Source: Candidatus Micrarchaeota archaeon (GTDB taxonomy: Archaea > Micrarchaeota > Micrarchaeia > Anstonellales > Bilamarchaeaceae). Taken from it: 64,000 bases of DNA. The position numbers and the translations under genes were made by a program. This document shows, in pieces, positions 17,836 through 27,335 of the stretch. Positions within the stretch are counted from its first letter, which is position 1. Every line of letters begins with the position of its first letter. The notes under the pieces are model-generated. The model was not told where the DNA came from. It worked only from the letters and a program-made list of their open reading frames with translations, and searched no databases. The DNA lies in the NCBI GenBank assembly GCA_038046805.1, contig JBBSVO010000003.1, positions 147,120 through 211,119 on the forward strand, given 5' to 3'.

Positions 17836-20442
17836 ATGGAACTTAAAAAGATAAAAATCATAAAAAAACTTTACCGTTTCGAGGTAAGGAAAAGATACCA
17901 GCATATCTCCAGATTTAGAGTTAAACAAAAAAGTCCGATAGAACAAATTCGCGGCCAGATTTCGAAAATATTCGCAAAACCACATGATAAAGTTGCGGCC
18001 TCCAAAAGTCAAACGAAAGGCACGACTTCCGGGGGAGTAGAACCAAAGAATAACACATGGATAATGGTAGCAACTATTGCAATGGTACTTATACTTCTTC
18101 TGGTTGGAGGATTATATTTTTATGCTCAAAGCGCAAAGGCAGGGCAGATGTATTACACATCTCGACTCATACTCTCGCCTCAACTCAACACTACAATAGA
18201 AAATAGCGGGGTGATTACCGCTGGAGATAAAAAAGATAATACGAGTATAGGATACATCAGACTACGGTACAATACAGATGGTGTTCAAAATTTCACTATG
18301 AACTTCAAAACTTACGAGATGGGAATTCCTTCAGAAGTATTTATTCTATCCAGTCCGATGGATAAAGCCCAGACAACAAAATACGCAGACTTTAGGGCCA
18401 TATTGAAAAAGGAAATGACAAAGAAAAGAATAAGCGTAAACGAACTTGACCTGGAACAACTTGAAACAATTCCGAAAGGCGCGTTTCTACTGATACCTCA
18501 TGGAAGGATGCCACAAGAACTATTTGGAATTGAAAGCTCAATCGATATGAACAAACTAACAGAAAGAGGAGTGAACATCGTATATGTGGGTCTCCAATTT
18601 GACAAGATGATCCTAAAAAACGGACTTTTGGTTTCAACCCCGGAAAATGCATTGAAGAACGCAGGCGTTTCGTTTGATGAAAAAGAGGACTTGCTCACAA
18701 ATGGACTAAACCTTTATCAGCCCCTGTATGTTGCAAAAGGAACCTCTGGAGACTCGAACTCCATAATATATGGTTCAGTAAGTGCGATTCGGAGAAAGAA
18801 CGGAATGTTGATTTTTATCCCGCAAACGCTTGACGGAGGATGGAAACGAGATCCGGAAGCTGCTGCAAAGGATGTTGCGAAACTGCTTATTCAAACCGCA
18901 TGGGCAACCCCGGATAATCCAGAGGGCATAACTTATACCAAGGAATCTCTTGATAATGAAACCCACATAGAAGATTTCTTCACAAATATTTTCAATGGAA
19001 ATTCGAGACATGTAAAGATAGACCTTACTGGGAAAGATGTAAATGGAGACGATGTTGGGGAATTAAGAATAGCAGAAATAAAGAAGGAAGCTGCAGGTTC
19101 ATGGTATATCAGTGGTGGATTCACAGTAGCGCCAACTGAGATAACAAACGAAGAAGTTCCGATAATACTAACCTTAAAAGAAAAAACAGGGGTAGAAAAA
19201 TACCTGTATGTGGCCATAACAAAGAATGGCGGGCTGGTTGGAGAGAAAAAACTGCTCAAAACAGTGCCAATAAACATTCAGACAGAACTAACAGATTATC
19301 TTCCAATAAATCTGGATAGCGGGGATTATATTGCGAGTATAGAGGATGAAGCTGGTAATAGATATGCCCAAACATTCCTTCACGTGGTTTTTGTAGATGT
19401 TAAAAAACTCTATGATAAAGAGGAAAGACAGGTAATAAGATTCGCATTTGAGAAGGAAGGAACACCAGTAGTCATACGAAATGTTGAGGTTACAGTAAAA
19501 TCAAAGAAAGGAGATAGTTACGGAAAATACGAATTCAGCGACGTATCCCAAATATCAGTAGATGTGAGCAAAAATGTACCGGGCTCGGATAAGTTACCAT
19601 TCGGGGACTATGTCTTCAAATTCAAAATGGGTGAAATAGAAAAGGACGTTCCTGTTTCGTATGCCAGGGCTGCCACTATCTTCGAGGACCCGGTTTTCAT
19701 CGTAATTGGAGTAATGAGTGTTCTTATCCTTGGTATCGGGGTGTATTTTGCAAGAAAAGAAGAGGTAATGTATCAATTAGATGTCCCGGATTTCCCACCA
19801 ATAACAAAAACAAAGATTTCGATAACAACCCCGGAATTTATTTCTATTTTCGGCCAGGTAAATACAGATTATAGATGGAGATATACTCCGCTCAACACAA
19901 CCGAAGTAAAGAACGGTTTCAGAAAAATCATGAAAGAAGGGCGAACCGTGTATATATCGGATTACAACGTAGAGTATATACTCGGCAATCTTGTGAAAAA
20001 AGATGTAGTTAGGGAATCCATTGGATATTATTGTCCAACAGCATGGGAAGGGGAAAGCAAAAGAAGCTCCGGATATCTTTGTATTTTCAGAAAACTAAGA
20101 GATATATTTGTGAATAATGCTATACCATTCACACAACTTGGAGAGGAAATAGAATGCGATACAAAAATGGATATGATAGGGCAGGAAATGCATGTTCATA
20201 TTTTTGACAAGGATGGAGACGAAAAAAGAATGGAAACCCTTATTAGTAATGCTCTGAAAACAGCGCAGAAAGGGATATCCATGGTTATATTCAAAAACGA
20301 CGACGGAAAACGCGAGTTTCAGGATATTTTATCATCTTCATCCGCAGGACCAATAACTCTGAAGCTTGAAGTCGATGCAAAATCAGTTCTTCTTCTGACA
20401 ATAGACGAGTTTGAGAAGATGGTGCTGGAAATGAAAGGTTAA
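17836..20442 (+). CDS. Large membrane protein with two TM segments and a large beta-rich domain between them
   Basis: TM near N-terminus (IMVATIAMVLILLLVGGLYFY) and a second TM (VFIVIGVMSVLILGIGVYF). Confidence 0.75.
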   Translation: MELKKIKIIKKLYRFEVRKRYQHISRFRVKQKSPIEQIRGQISKIFAKPHDKVAASKSQTKGTTSGGVEPKNNTWIMVATIAMVLILLLVGGLYFYAQSAKAGQMYYTSRLILSPQLNTTIENSGVITAGDKKDNTSIGYIRLRYNTDGVQNFTMNFKTYEMGIPSEVFILSSPMDKAQTTKYADFRAILKKEMTKKRISVNELDLEQLETIPKGAFLLIPHGRMPQELFGIESSIDMNKLTERGVNIVYVGLQFDKMILKNGLLVSTPENALKNAGVSFDEKEDLLTNGLNLYQPLYVAKGTSGDSNSIIYGSVSAIRRKNGMLIFIPQTLDGGWKRDPEAAAKDVAKLLIQTAWATPDNPEGITYTKESLDNETHIEDFFTNIFNGNSRHVKIDLTGKDVNGDDVGELRIAEIKKEAAGSWYISGGFTVAPTEITNEEVPIILTLKEKTGVEKYLYVAITKNGGLVGEKKLLKTVPINIQTELTDYLPINLDSGDYIASIEDEAGNRYAQTFLHVVFVDVKKLYDKEERQVIRFAFEKEGTPVVIRNVEVTVKSKKGDSYGKYEFSDVSQISVDVSKNVPGSDKLPFGDYVFKFKMGEIEKDVPVSYARAATIFEDPVFIVIGVMSVLILGIGVYFARKEEVMYQLDVPDFPPITKTKISITTPEFISIFGQVNTDYRWRYTPLNTTEVKNGFRKIMKEGRTVYISDYNVEYILGNLVKKDVVRESIGYYCPTAWEGESKRSSGYLCIFRKLRDIFVNNAIPFTQLGEEIECDTKMDMIGQEMHVHIFDKDGDEKRMETLISNALKTAQKGISMVIFKNDDGKREFQDILSSSSAGPITLKLEVDAKSVLLLTIDEFEKMVLEMKG

Positions 20443-20478
20443 TCCAGAATTTGTTTTTATCATTTTCTATTCGATGAT

Positions 20479-20880
20479 TTACTCTTCCAGCAGTTCCATC
20501 GCCTCTTCCGCGTTCAGCCCTAATTTCAGGTATTTTATCTCTCTTGGAAACATCCACCTGAATTCATCGTGCTCATCACAAAGAGTTACGTTTGAGCCGC
20601 TGACTGCGCACTTGTAAACCAAATAAACAGAATGCTTATCATCCCCGCCAGGGGTTTTGTATGTTGCGGATGAAACACCCATAAATTTTGGCTCTATCGC
20701 AGAAAGACCTGTTTCCTCTCTGAGCTCGCGACTGGCAGACTGCGAGGGTTTCTCACCCCAGTCCACGCCTCCACCTGGGAATTCCCATAGCTCGTTCTTG
20801 CGCTTTAAAACTAGCAATTTTCCTTCGAATTCCGGAATCATATAAACATTCAATTCCTGAATCTGTGCCAAAAAAATCAC
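20479..20880 (-). CDS. NUDIX hydrolase
   Basis: Nudix box GGGVDWGEKPSQSASRELREETG. Confidence 0.9.
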   Translation of the reverse strand: MIFLAQIQELNVYMIPEFEGKLLVLKRKNELWEFPGGGVDWGEKPSQSASRELREETGLSAIEPKFMGVSSATYKTPGGDDKHSVYLVYKCAVSGSNVTLCDEHDEFRWMFPREIKYLKLGLNAEEAMELLEE

Positions 20881-21665
20881 TACAACCTTCGTTTATTAAT
20901 AGCAAATAGCTCCTCTTTTGCTTCTTCATCTAAAAAGTCCAGATTTCTGCTGCATTGAACGCATTTGAAAGAACGTTCGGATGCAACCTCGAAACCAATA
21001 ATACTCGCAATTCCACAGGAATCGCAGAAATATTCGTCAAGGCCTTCCTGGCCAACTTTTACACGGCATTCGAGCATTTTTGTGTTTACCCATTTTTCAA
21101 GACGTTCCTGATTCAAACGCCAGGTATATGAATACCACCCAGTTTCGTTGTCTTTTTCTCTGCAATAGAACACGATTCCTTCATTATGCAACCGATTCAG
21201 GGCCGCACGCACGTCGCTTATTTTCAATTTGAGATCACGGGAGATTTCTTCGTCACTCATTCCACCCCTGAAATGACGAACCATTTCTAGTGAATTCTCT
21301 CCAGCCAAATCAATTATCAATTGACGCGCATATGCGCTTGTCAATAAGGATGAAAGCTGTTCGAATCTCTTTTTTTCCATCTCTGCATCAATGAGTTTTT
21401 GTTCAGCCAGACGTAGGGTTTCAGCTTCGAGAGCTGCCTTTTTCCTAAGGTCTCTGGCACTTAATTTTTGTTTTTTTACATTTCCTGCCTTTAAACCTGG
21501 CTTTGGGGGATGAGGATGTTTTTTCTTTATATGAGGGCTGGCACGAGGACCAGTATGAGGGCTAGCAATTTTTTTCTTGCCCTTGGTTTGACCCCTCGTA
21601 ACTCCTTTTTTGAAGGATTTGGCTGACTTGTTATGCTTTGAAGACAAAATACCACCTATGCCCAT
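20880..21665 (-). CDS. tfe: Transcription factor E (TFIIE-alpha) with long basic N-terminal extension
   Basis: SDEEIS..LKISDVRAALNRL, KDNETGWYSYTW, Zn ribbon CDSC...FKCVQC. Confidence 0.88.
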   Translation of the reverse strand: MGIGGILSSKHNKSAKSFKKGVTRGQTKGKKKIASPHTGPRASPHIKKKHPHPPKPGLKAGNVKKQKLSARDLRKKAALEAETLRLAEQKLIDAEMEKKRFEQLSSLLTSAYARQLIIDLAGENSLEMVRHFRGGMSDEEISRDLKLKISDVRAALNRLHNEGIVFYCREKDNETGWYSYTWRLNQERLEKWVNTKMLECRVKVGQEGLDEYFCDSCGIASIIGFEVASERSFKCVQCSRNLDFLDEEAKEELFAINKRRL

Positions 21666-21773
21666 TTTCTAAATCAGGGCATCTAAATTAGCGCATTTTT
21701 TATATTTAAAGCTTTCGGTTTGGGGTGGAAAAACGGCAAACTATATTAATCTTAGATCATATGGTAAAATCTT

Positions 21774-22946
21774 ATGCGTATCGCATTTTTCACAGACTCA
21801 TACCTCCCAAATGTAGATGGAGTGGTAACCACAATCTGCAATTACAGGAGGGAACTTGAACGACTTGGACACGAGGTGTACATCTTCTCTCCGGGCACTA
21901 AAACGCAAAAGGACGAAAACAAGGACGAGAGAGTATATTATTTCACATCCACTGCATTTAAACCATACCCAGACTACCGTATAGCAATATTCAACTTTTT
22001 TTCCCCGGTAAAACTGGTAAAGGAGCTCGGATTTGATATAATTCATTCGCACGGAGTTGCAACAACAGGAATTGCTGCGATTCAATCATCTCAAAAGCTG
22101 GGAATCCCTGCGGTGGCCAGTTTCCACACATTCCTTCCCGAAGCGGTTCACTACATTTCCAGCAATCGAAATGTGCAGAATATACTCCAGGGGGTTGCAA
22201 CAAAGTATCTAAGCTGGTATTACTCAGGATACAAAAAGGTAATTGCACCCAGCATATTCGCGAAAAAGGTTCTTGAAAGCTGGGGAATTAAAAATGTCGC
22301 AGTCCACCCAGCAGGAATAGAACTGGAAAAATTTGCGAGTATAACAGGAACCGCACGGATTGAAAACTCAGCGGCTATAAGAAAGGAATTCGGGATTCCA
22401 AAAGCCTCAAACGTTGTTCTTCACGTTAGTAGAATCGCAATGGAAAAGAATATAGAAATGCTGATAGAAGCTGCACCAAGCATCATCAACCTGGTTCCAC
22501 AAACAAAATTCGTGATAGTTGGAAAGGGACCTGCAGAAGCACATTACAAGAATCTGGTGGAGAGAAAGGGACTTTCACAACATTTCATATTCACTGGTTA
22601 TGTGGCAAACGAAAAACTCCCTCTTCTTTACTCAACTGCAGATGTATTTGCATTCCCATCGGCATTCGAAACCCAGGGACTGGTAGTACTGGAGGCAATG
22701 GCATGCGGAACACCGGCAGTTGTAAAGGTAGGTGGAGCGGCATCAGAATTCATCGTTGATGGAAAAAATGGATGTATATTCACAGATCATTTTGACTTTC
22801 ATGATAAAATAGTATTTGCAATGAAGAATAAACAAATCCTTGGAAAGAATGCCATAGAAACCGTACAGGATTATGATATACGAAAAAACACTGAGAAACT
22901 GGTTGAAATATACAAATCCTGCATTGGTAATAGCGGAACTAAATAG
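21774..22946 (+). CDS. GT4 glycosyltransferase
   Basis: MRIAFFTDSYLPNVDGV, FPSAFETQGLVVLEAMACG. Confidence 0.92.
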   Translation: MRIAFFTDSYLPNVDGVVTTICNYRRELERLGHEVYIFSPGTKTQKDENKDERVYYFTSTAFKPYPDYRIAIFNFFSPVKLVKELGFDIIHSHGVATTGIAAIQSSQKLGIPAVASFHTFLPEAVHYISSNRNVQNILQGVATKYLSWYYSGYKKVIAPSIFAKKVLESWGIKNVAVHPAGIELEKFASITGTARIENSAAIRKEFGIPKASNVVLHVSRIAMEKNIEMLIEAAPSIINLVPQTKFVIVGKGPAEAHYKNLVERKGLSQHFIFTGYVANEKLPLLYSTADVFAFPSAFETQGLVVLEAMACGTPAVVKVGGAASEFIVDGKNGCIFTDHFDFHDKIVFAMKNKQILGKNAIETVQDYDIRKNTEKLVEIYKSCIGNSGTK

Positions 22947-22975
22947 AATAAAAAGGTTCTCATGGAGTGTAGGGT

Positions 22976-23716
22976 ATGAACTCCATTGAATTTCATAAAA
23001 CCGCGGATTTTAAACTGAAGAACCCTATAGTCGTGGTCGGCTTGCCAGGAACCGGGCTTGTTGGAAGCGTATCTGCATCGCACCTTACCGAAACCCTCGG
23101 ATTTACATTTGGTGGATATATTTCAAGCGATCAATTCGCACCGCTTGCAGCAATACACAACTATATTCCCATGCCTGCAGCACGAATCCATTATTCTGAA
23201 AAACATAATATGATAGTAATACTTTCAGAAATGACGATTCCGGTCGCATCTTCTCAGGAACTAGCAGACAAAATATTGGAATTTGCAAAAGCTGTCAAGG
23301 CAAAATATGTGGTGTCTCTTGGCGGGATATCAATGAACGAGGATGAAAACGCTGTGTACGTCGTCTCGAGCGATGCAAAGCTTTCACAACCGGTAATAGG
23401 AAAGCGCGGAATAAAACAGATAAAAGAAGGGGCAACAACAGGAGTAAGTGGAGTTCTTCTTGCAAAAAGCGCTCTTGAAAAATTCCCAGTTATATCTATT
23501 CTCGCAGAGGCTTCTGCAGACTATCTTGATCCGCATGCGGCTGCAAACGCGTTGGGAGCATTCTCGTTACTTACAGGGGTAACCATAAGCACGGTTGAAC
23601 TCGAAAAAGAAGCTGGAGAACTTTCAAAAGTAATAAAGGAGAATGTAATCAAATCAAAGATTCCGACAAAAAAGATTTCTAACATAAAAGATGAGGGCGG
23701 ATCCATGTATGGATGA
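22976..23716 (+). CDS. PAC2-family proteasome assembly chaperone (PbaA/PbaB-like)
   Basis: VGLPGTGLVG N-terminal motif, DPHAA, C-terminal HbYX-like MYG. Confidence 0.88.
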   Translation: MNSIEFHKTADFKLKNPIVVVGLPGTGLVGSVSASHLTETLGFTFGGYISSDQFAPLAAIHNYIPMPAARIHYSEKHNMIVILSEMTIPVASSQELADKILEFAKAVKAKYVVSLGGISMNEDENAVYVVSSDAKLSQPVIGKRGIKQIKEGATTGVSGVLLAKSALEKFPVISILAEASADYLDPHAAANALGAFSLLTGVTISTVELEKEAGELSKVIKENVIKSKIPTKKISNIKDEGGSMYG

Positions 23717-25529
23717 AAAATTTGCGAAAATTTTTCAGTATGGAGATTCGATAGAATTTTCATACAATAAAAAAATATTCTTGTTTGTGGGCATAGTGGC
23801 AGCTTTACTCATTCTTGCAGGCTGCATTAATATCCTAAATAGAGAGTGCCCGTCAAGCTGTAATGACGGAAATATCTGTACAGATGATTATTGCGGCGCA
23901 GACACAAATTACAAATGCGTCAATAAACCTCTAAGCGGAAGCCAGCCCGCATGCTCTGGATCAGTTACAGGAGCACCATGTGCAGTTATGGCATGTGACA
24001 GCGGAACATGTGTAACAAAAAACATCTCGAATTGTTGTGGAAATGCCAACTGCGAATATAATGAAGATATGGGTTCGTGTCCGCAGGACTGTAAAAACAG
24101 TGTTGAATTGAAATGCGGAACTGAAGGCACATTTGTCCCAATCCTTCTAAAACTGGAAAACGAGCTGGACAAAAGCTTCATCTCCTGCACGATAACGAAT
24201 AAAGGAAAAAAACCAATTGAAGCGATACTAACTGCAGAAATACCCGAGTGGAGTAATCAGTTTTCAAAGAACATATTTATAGCTCCGGATCAGAGCCAGA
24301 ACGTGAATATTTCACTTACATACAAGGACAAATTTTATTCAAATACCGAACTGGCAGATGCCACGGCACTCTTTACCGTTGAAAGTGCTGGCACTACTCT
24401 GTCTAAGGAATCAAGAAACATAAAAATAGCGCCAAAAGATAACATTGTATGGTATTACAATGCAAATGGAAAACAGTTGGATCTTTCTTATTCTGTAGTT
24501 GCATGGGTAACTCCGCACGATCCTTGCATAAAATCACTTATTTCTATTGCAAAAGAACTTCACCCAAAGAAAACGCTCGGTGGATACGCTGGATATGACG
24601 GAATGAACAAGCAAGAAAAAGAAGATAATACGCTTGCACAGTCAAAGGCTATTTACGAGGCAATAAAGGGACAGGGAATTTCATATGTGAATACGCCAGT
24701 AAGTTTTATTTCATCAGGCCAACAAGTGAAGCTTCCGTCCGAATCCCTTATGCAAAAATCAGGAAATTGTGTTGATGGTTCAGTATTGTTTGCATCTGCA
24801 TTTGAAGCACTTGGAATGAATACAATTATTGCATTCATCTCAGATCACACGTGGGTTGGCGTGGAAAGTTACCCGGGAAGCGGTCAGTTCATGTTTATCG
24901 AAACGACTATTGTTGAGGAGGCCTCTTTTGAACAGGCCATTGCTGAGGGGAAAAAGGAATTTGAACAAGAACAATTTTCAAAGGACTTCTTTATTATCCC
25001 AATTAACAAATACCGTACAAAGGTAAAACCATTCCCATCAGCAGTTAGCACCTGCCAGCTAAAGGCAAGCTGTGATGACGGAACTCCCGTTGGGCAATGC
25101 TCGGCACAGAAACCAAAGATGTGTATTGGAAACGAATTTGTAGACAAGGCACTTACATGCGGATGTTCTGAAGGGCACATAAGAATGGGCGATTCATGCG
25201 TTTCCGGCAAGCTTCGGGACGAAACTATTTCAATCAAAAAAGGATTTGCGTATTATTATGGAGGGGACCCTACAACAGAATCCCGTTTTGTGAAATATCG
25301 TTATGTAGTAAGTTCCAACGAGGCGATCGATATCAAGATGGTACCGTCAGAGGCCGATTACAACGGAATCCTTGCCAATGGTGCATATGACGAATACGGG
25401 GCATGTGGGGCCATAAGCAATAAGTTCTACAACCAAACCTGCACGATAAACCAAAAAGGCGGGATAGTGATATTAAACAACGGTATTGCCGAGGCGACCG
25501 TGAATCTGCAGGTTTTTGTTGAAGACTAA
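23709..25529 (+). CDS. Cys-rich surface (lipo)protein with transglutaminase-like domain
   Basis: Lipobox LILAGC; CNDGNICTDDYC and CCGNANCE..E...CPQDC repeats; GNCVD..H.W..F.ETT catalytic-type triad. Confidence 0.72.
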   Translation: MDEKFAKIFQYGDSIEFSYNKKIFLFVGIVAALLILAGCINILNRECPSSCNDGNICTDDYCGADTNYKCVNKPLSGSQPACSGSVTGAPCAVMACDSGTCVTKNISNCCGNANCEYNEDMGSCPQDCKNSVELKCGTEGTFVPILLKLENELDKSFISCTITNKGKKPIEAILTAEIPEWSNQFSKNIFIAPDQSQNVNISLTYKDKFYSNTELADATALFTVESAGTTLSKESRNIKIAPKDNIVWYYNANGKQLDLSYSVVAWVTPHDPCIKSLISIAKELHPKKTLGGYAGYDGMNKQEKEDNTLAQSKAIYEAIKGQGISYVNTPVSFISSGQQVKLPSESLMQKSGNCVDGSVLFASAFEALGMNTIIAFISDHTWVGVESYPGSGQFMFIETTIVEEASFEQAIAEGKKEFEQEQFSKDFFIIPINKYRTKVKPFPSAVSTCQLKASCDDGTPVGQCSAQKPKMCIGNEFVDKALTCGCSEGHIRMGDSCVSGKLRDETISIKKGFAYYYGGDPTTESRFVKYRYVVSSNEAIDIKMVPSEADYNGILANGAYDEYGACGAISNKFYNQTCTINQKGGIVILNNGIAEATVNLQVFVED

Positions 25530-25546
25530 AAAGAAAGAAAATAAAA

Positions 25547-25761
25547 CGCCCCCACCGGGATTTTCGATTCATGCTTCCCCACCAAATATATTTTCTTTGG
25601 GGGTGAAACACTCAGACCCTTTCTTTTTTGAAAAGAAAGGAGATATGTGTTCGAACCCGGGTCGCGAGAGTGACAGTCTCGTATGCTAGACCAGTATGCG
25701 CAATCAGCAATCAAAACCCAAGATAAGGGACTGAAAACAGACTACCCTACACTATAGAGGC
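25547..25761 (-). tRNA. tRNA-Asp(GTC) with two non-canonical introns (15/16: 25694-25746; 59/60: 25561-25649)
   Basis: Spliced 73-nt cloverleaf GCCTCTA TA GTGT AG|TGGTCTA GCAT A CGAGA CT GTC AC TCTCG CGAC CCGGG TTCGAA|T CCCGG TGGGGGC G; BHB-like helices at both junctions. Confidence 0.9.
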
Positions 25762-25831
25762 GTGAGTATCTATAAATCTCTTGCGAAGAGTTTTTATATT
25801 ATTGGGATTAACAAAAGTTAAAGGCGAATAT

Positions 25832-26125
25832 ATGCGATGCAATATAATTGTTAAAGGAAAGGTTCAGGGCGTGTACTTCCGCGCGTTTGTGCGATCCATA
25901 GCGGAAAGAATGAACGTGCGCGGATATGCAAAGAATCTCGACAATGGAGACGTTGAGGTCTTTGCAGAGGCTAATGATGAGAATGCAATAGCCCGTTTTA
26001 CACGTGGAATAAATGTGAAGAATACGGATGGCGCATTCGTAGAATCAATGGAAATATGCATGGAAGGCAAACCCGGGTTTCATCTTCCGTTAAAGAATTA
26101 TTCGGAATTTGAGATCGAGAGATAG
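25832..26125 (+). CDS. acyP: Acylphosphatase
   Basis: GKVQGVYFR, GYAKNLDNGDVEV. Confidence 0.92.
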   Translation: MRCNIIVKGKVQGVYFRAFVRSIAERMNVRGYAKNLDNGDVEVFAEANDENAIARFTRGINVKNTDGAFVESMEICMEGKPGFHLPLKNYSEFEIER

Positions 26126-26185
26126 TAATAACTCATTTTCTGGCTCTCCGAAAGCTATTTATTGGTTAGAGGAAGCAAGCTAATT

Positions 26186-26440
26186 ATGGCAGGACCCGCA
26201 TTCAAGGAAAGGGAAACCGGAGAAACCGAATTAACGGTAGTTCCAAAAAAGGTAGAGGCAGAGAAAAGACTCGTCAGAGCTGAGATAAGAGAAACAACTG
26301 TTCAGGCAACAGTCGTAGCAGCGGCAACCGAAAAAATGCTTGAAAAATATGCTAAATACTGTCCAGAAACCATGGACGCGCTCAGGGCGGCGCAAAGACC
26401 GAAAAACATAGCGGATGTCCAGATAGCGATGACAGGATAA
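26186..26440 (+). CDS. Hypothetical protein
   Basis: ORF in operon-like arrangement. Confidence 0.55.
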   Translation: MAGPAFKERETGETELTVVPKKVEAEKRLVRAEIRETTVQATVVAAATEKMLEKYAKYCPETMDALRAAQRPKNIADVQIAMTG

Positions 26441-26451
26441 ATGGTGTTTGT

Positions 26452-26637
26452 ATGCCGGACCACATCTATTCCATGAAGATAACCCTGAAAGGAGAGCCGC
26501 GCGTTCTTACAATCCGCGTCGGAGATAAAGGAACAGATGTTCTGCTTACAGACGGAAAGGGAAAAACCATTGAATATTTCAAGCAGGAAGGAAGTAAGGT
26601 AACAATAACAAAGCCGAAAAAGAAAAAAGCGGCATAA
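26452..26637 (+). CDS. Small basic hypothetical protein
   Basis: GGTG RBS; 61 aa. Confidence 0.55.
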   Translation: MPDHIYSMKITLKGEPRVLTIRVGDKGTDVLLTDGKGKTIEYFKQEGSKVTITKPKKKKAA

Positions 26638-26659
26638 ATCGTCATCAAAGCTGATTTTT

Positions 26660-27334
26660 ATGTCTTCGCAACAGGCTCAAAAGATAAACGCGGCAAAAGG
26701 CGCATTAGAACTTGTAAAAAACGGGATGTGTGTTGGATTAGGCAGTGGAACAACTGTAAAGGAATTCATAACTCTTCTCGGACAACGCGTGAAAAAGGAA
26801 AAACTAGGGGTTTGTGTGGTTTGCACTTCGTATGATACCCGAATGCTCGCGATTGAAAACGGGATATGGGTATCTGAACCGGATGCGATTACAAAGATGG
26901 ACCTTGCGATTGACGGCGCGGACGTAGTAACGAAGACTGCGCTTCTCAAGGGCGGGGGAGCCGCACTTACGCGGGAAAAAATAATTGATTACGCAGCAAC
27001 CGAGTTTGTAGTCATCGTGGATGAAAGCAAAGTAAAGGAAACACTCACTGGAGAAGTAGTCGTAGAGGTTCTTCCATTTGCAGTTCCGTTCATTGTTCCA
27101 ACACTAAAAAAATACTGCAAGAATCCAAAATTAAGGATGAGTTCGGAAAAGCTTGGTCCGATCGTAACAGATAATGGCGGATTCATCATAGACTGCGAAA
27201 TGAACATAACCGAAAAAGATGCAAAAAAAATTGAAACCGAACTTAACACCATCCCGGGAGTAGTTGAAAACGGAATATTCACTAAATTTTCAAAGATTAT
27301 CATCGGGCAGGAAAATGGATATCGGATATTATAG
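26660..27334 (+). CDS. rpiA: Ribose-5-phosphate isomerase A
   Basis: GLGSGTT, DGAD, KGGGAALTREKI, TDNG, PGVVENGIF. Confidence 0.96.
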   Translation: MSSQQAQKINAAKGALELVKNGMCVGLGSGTTVKEFITLLGQRVKKEKLGVCVVCTSYDTRMLAIENGIWVSEPDAITKMDLAIDGADVVTKTALLKGGGAALTREKIIDYAATEFVVIVDESKVKETLTGEVVVEVLPFAVPFIVPTLKKYCKNPKLRMSSEKLGPIVTDNGGFIIDCEMNITEKDAKKIETELNTIPGVVENGIFTKFSKIIIGQENGYRIL

Positions 27335-27335
27335 A

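Noticed and set aside
17617..18012. 131-aa minus-strand ORF and the 17779 upstream start extension
   Set aside because: Antisense to the large membrane gene and reads through the palindromic region; ATG 17836 preferred
25526..25714. 62-aa minus-strand ORF
   Set aside because: Overlaps the intron-containing tRNA-Asp; spurious
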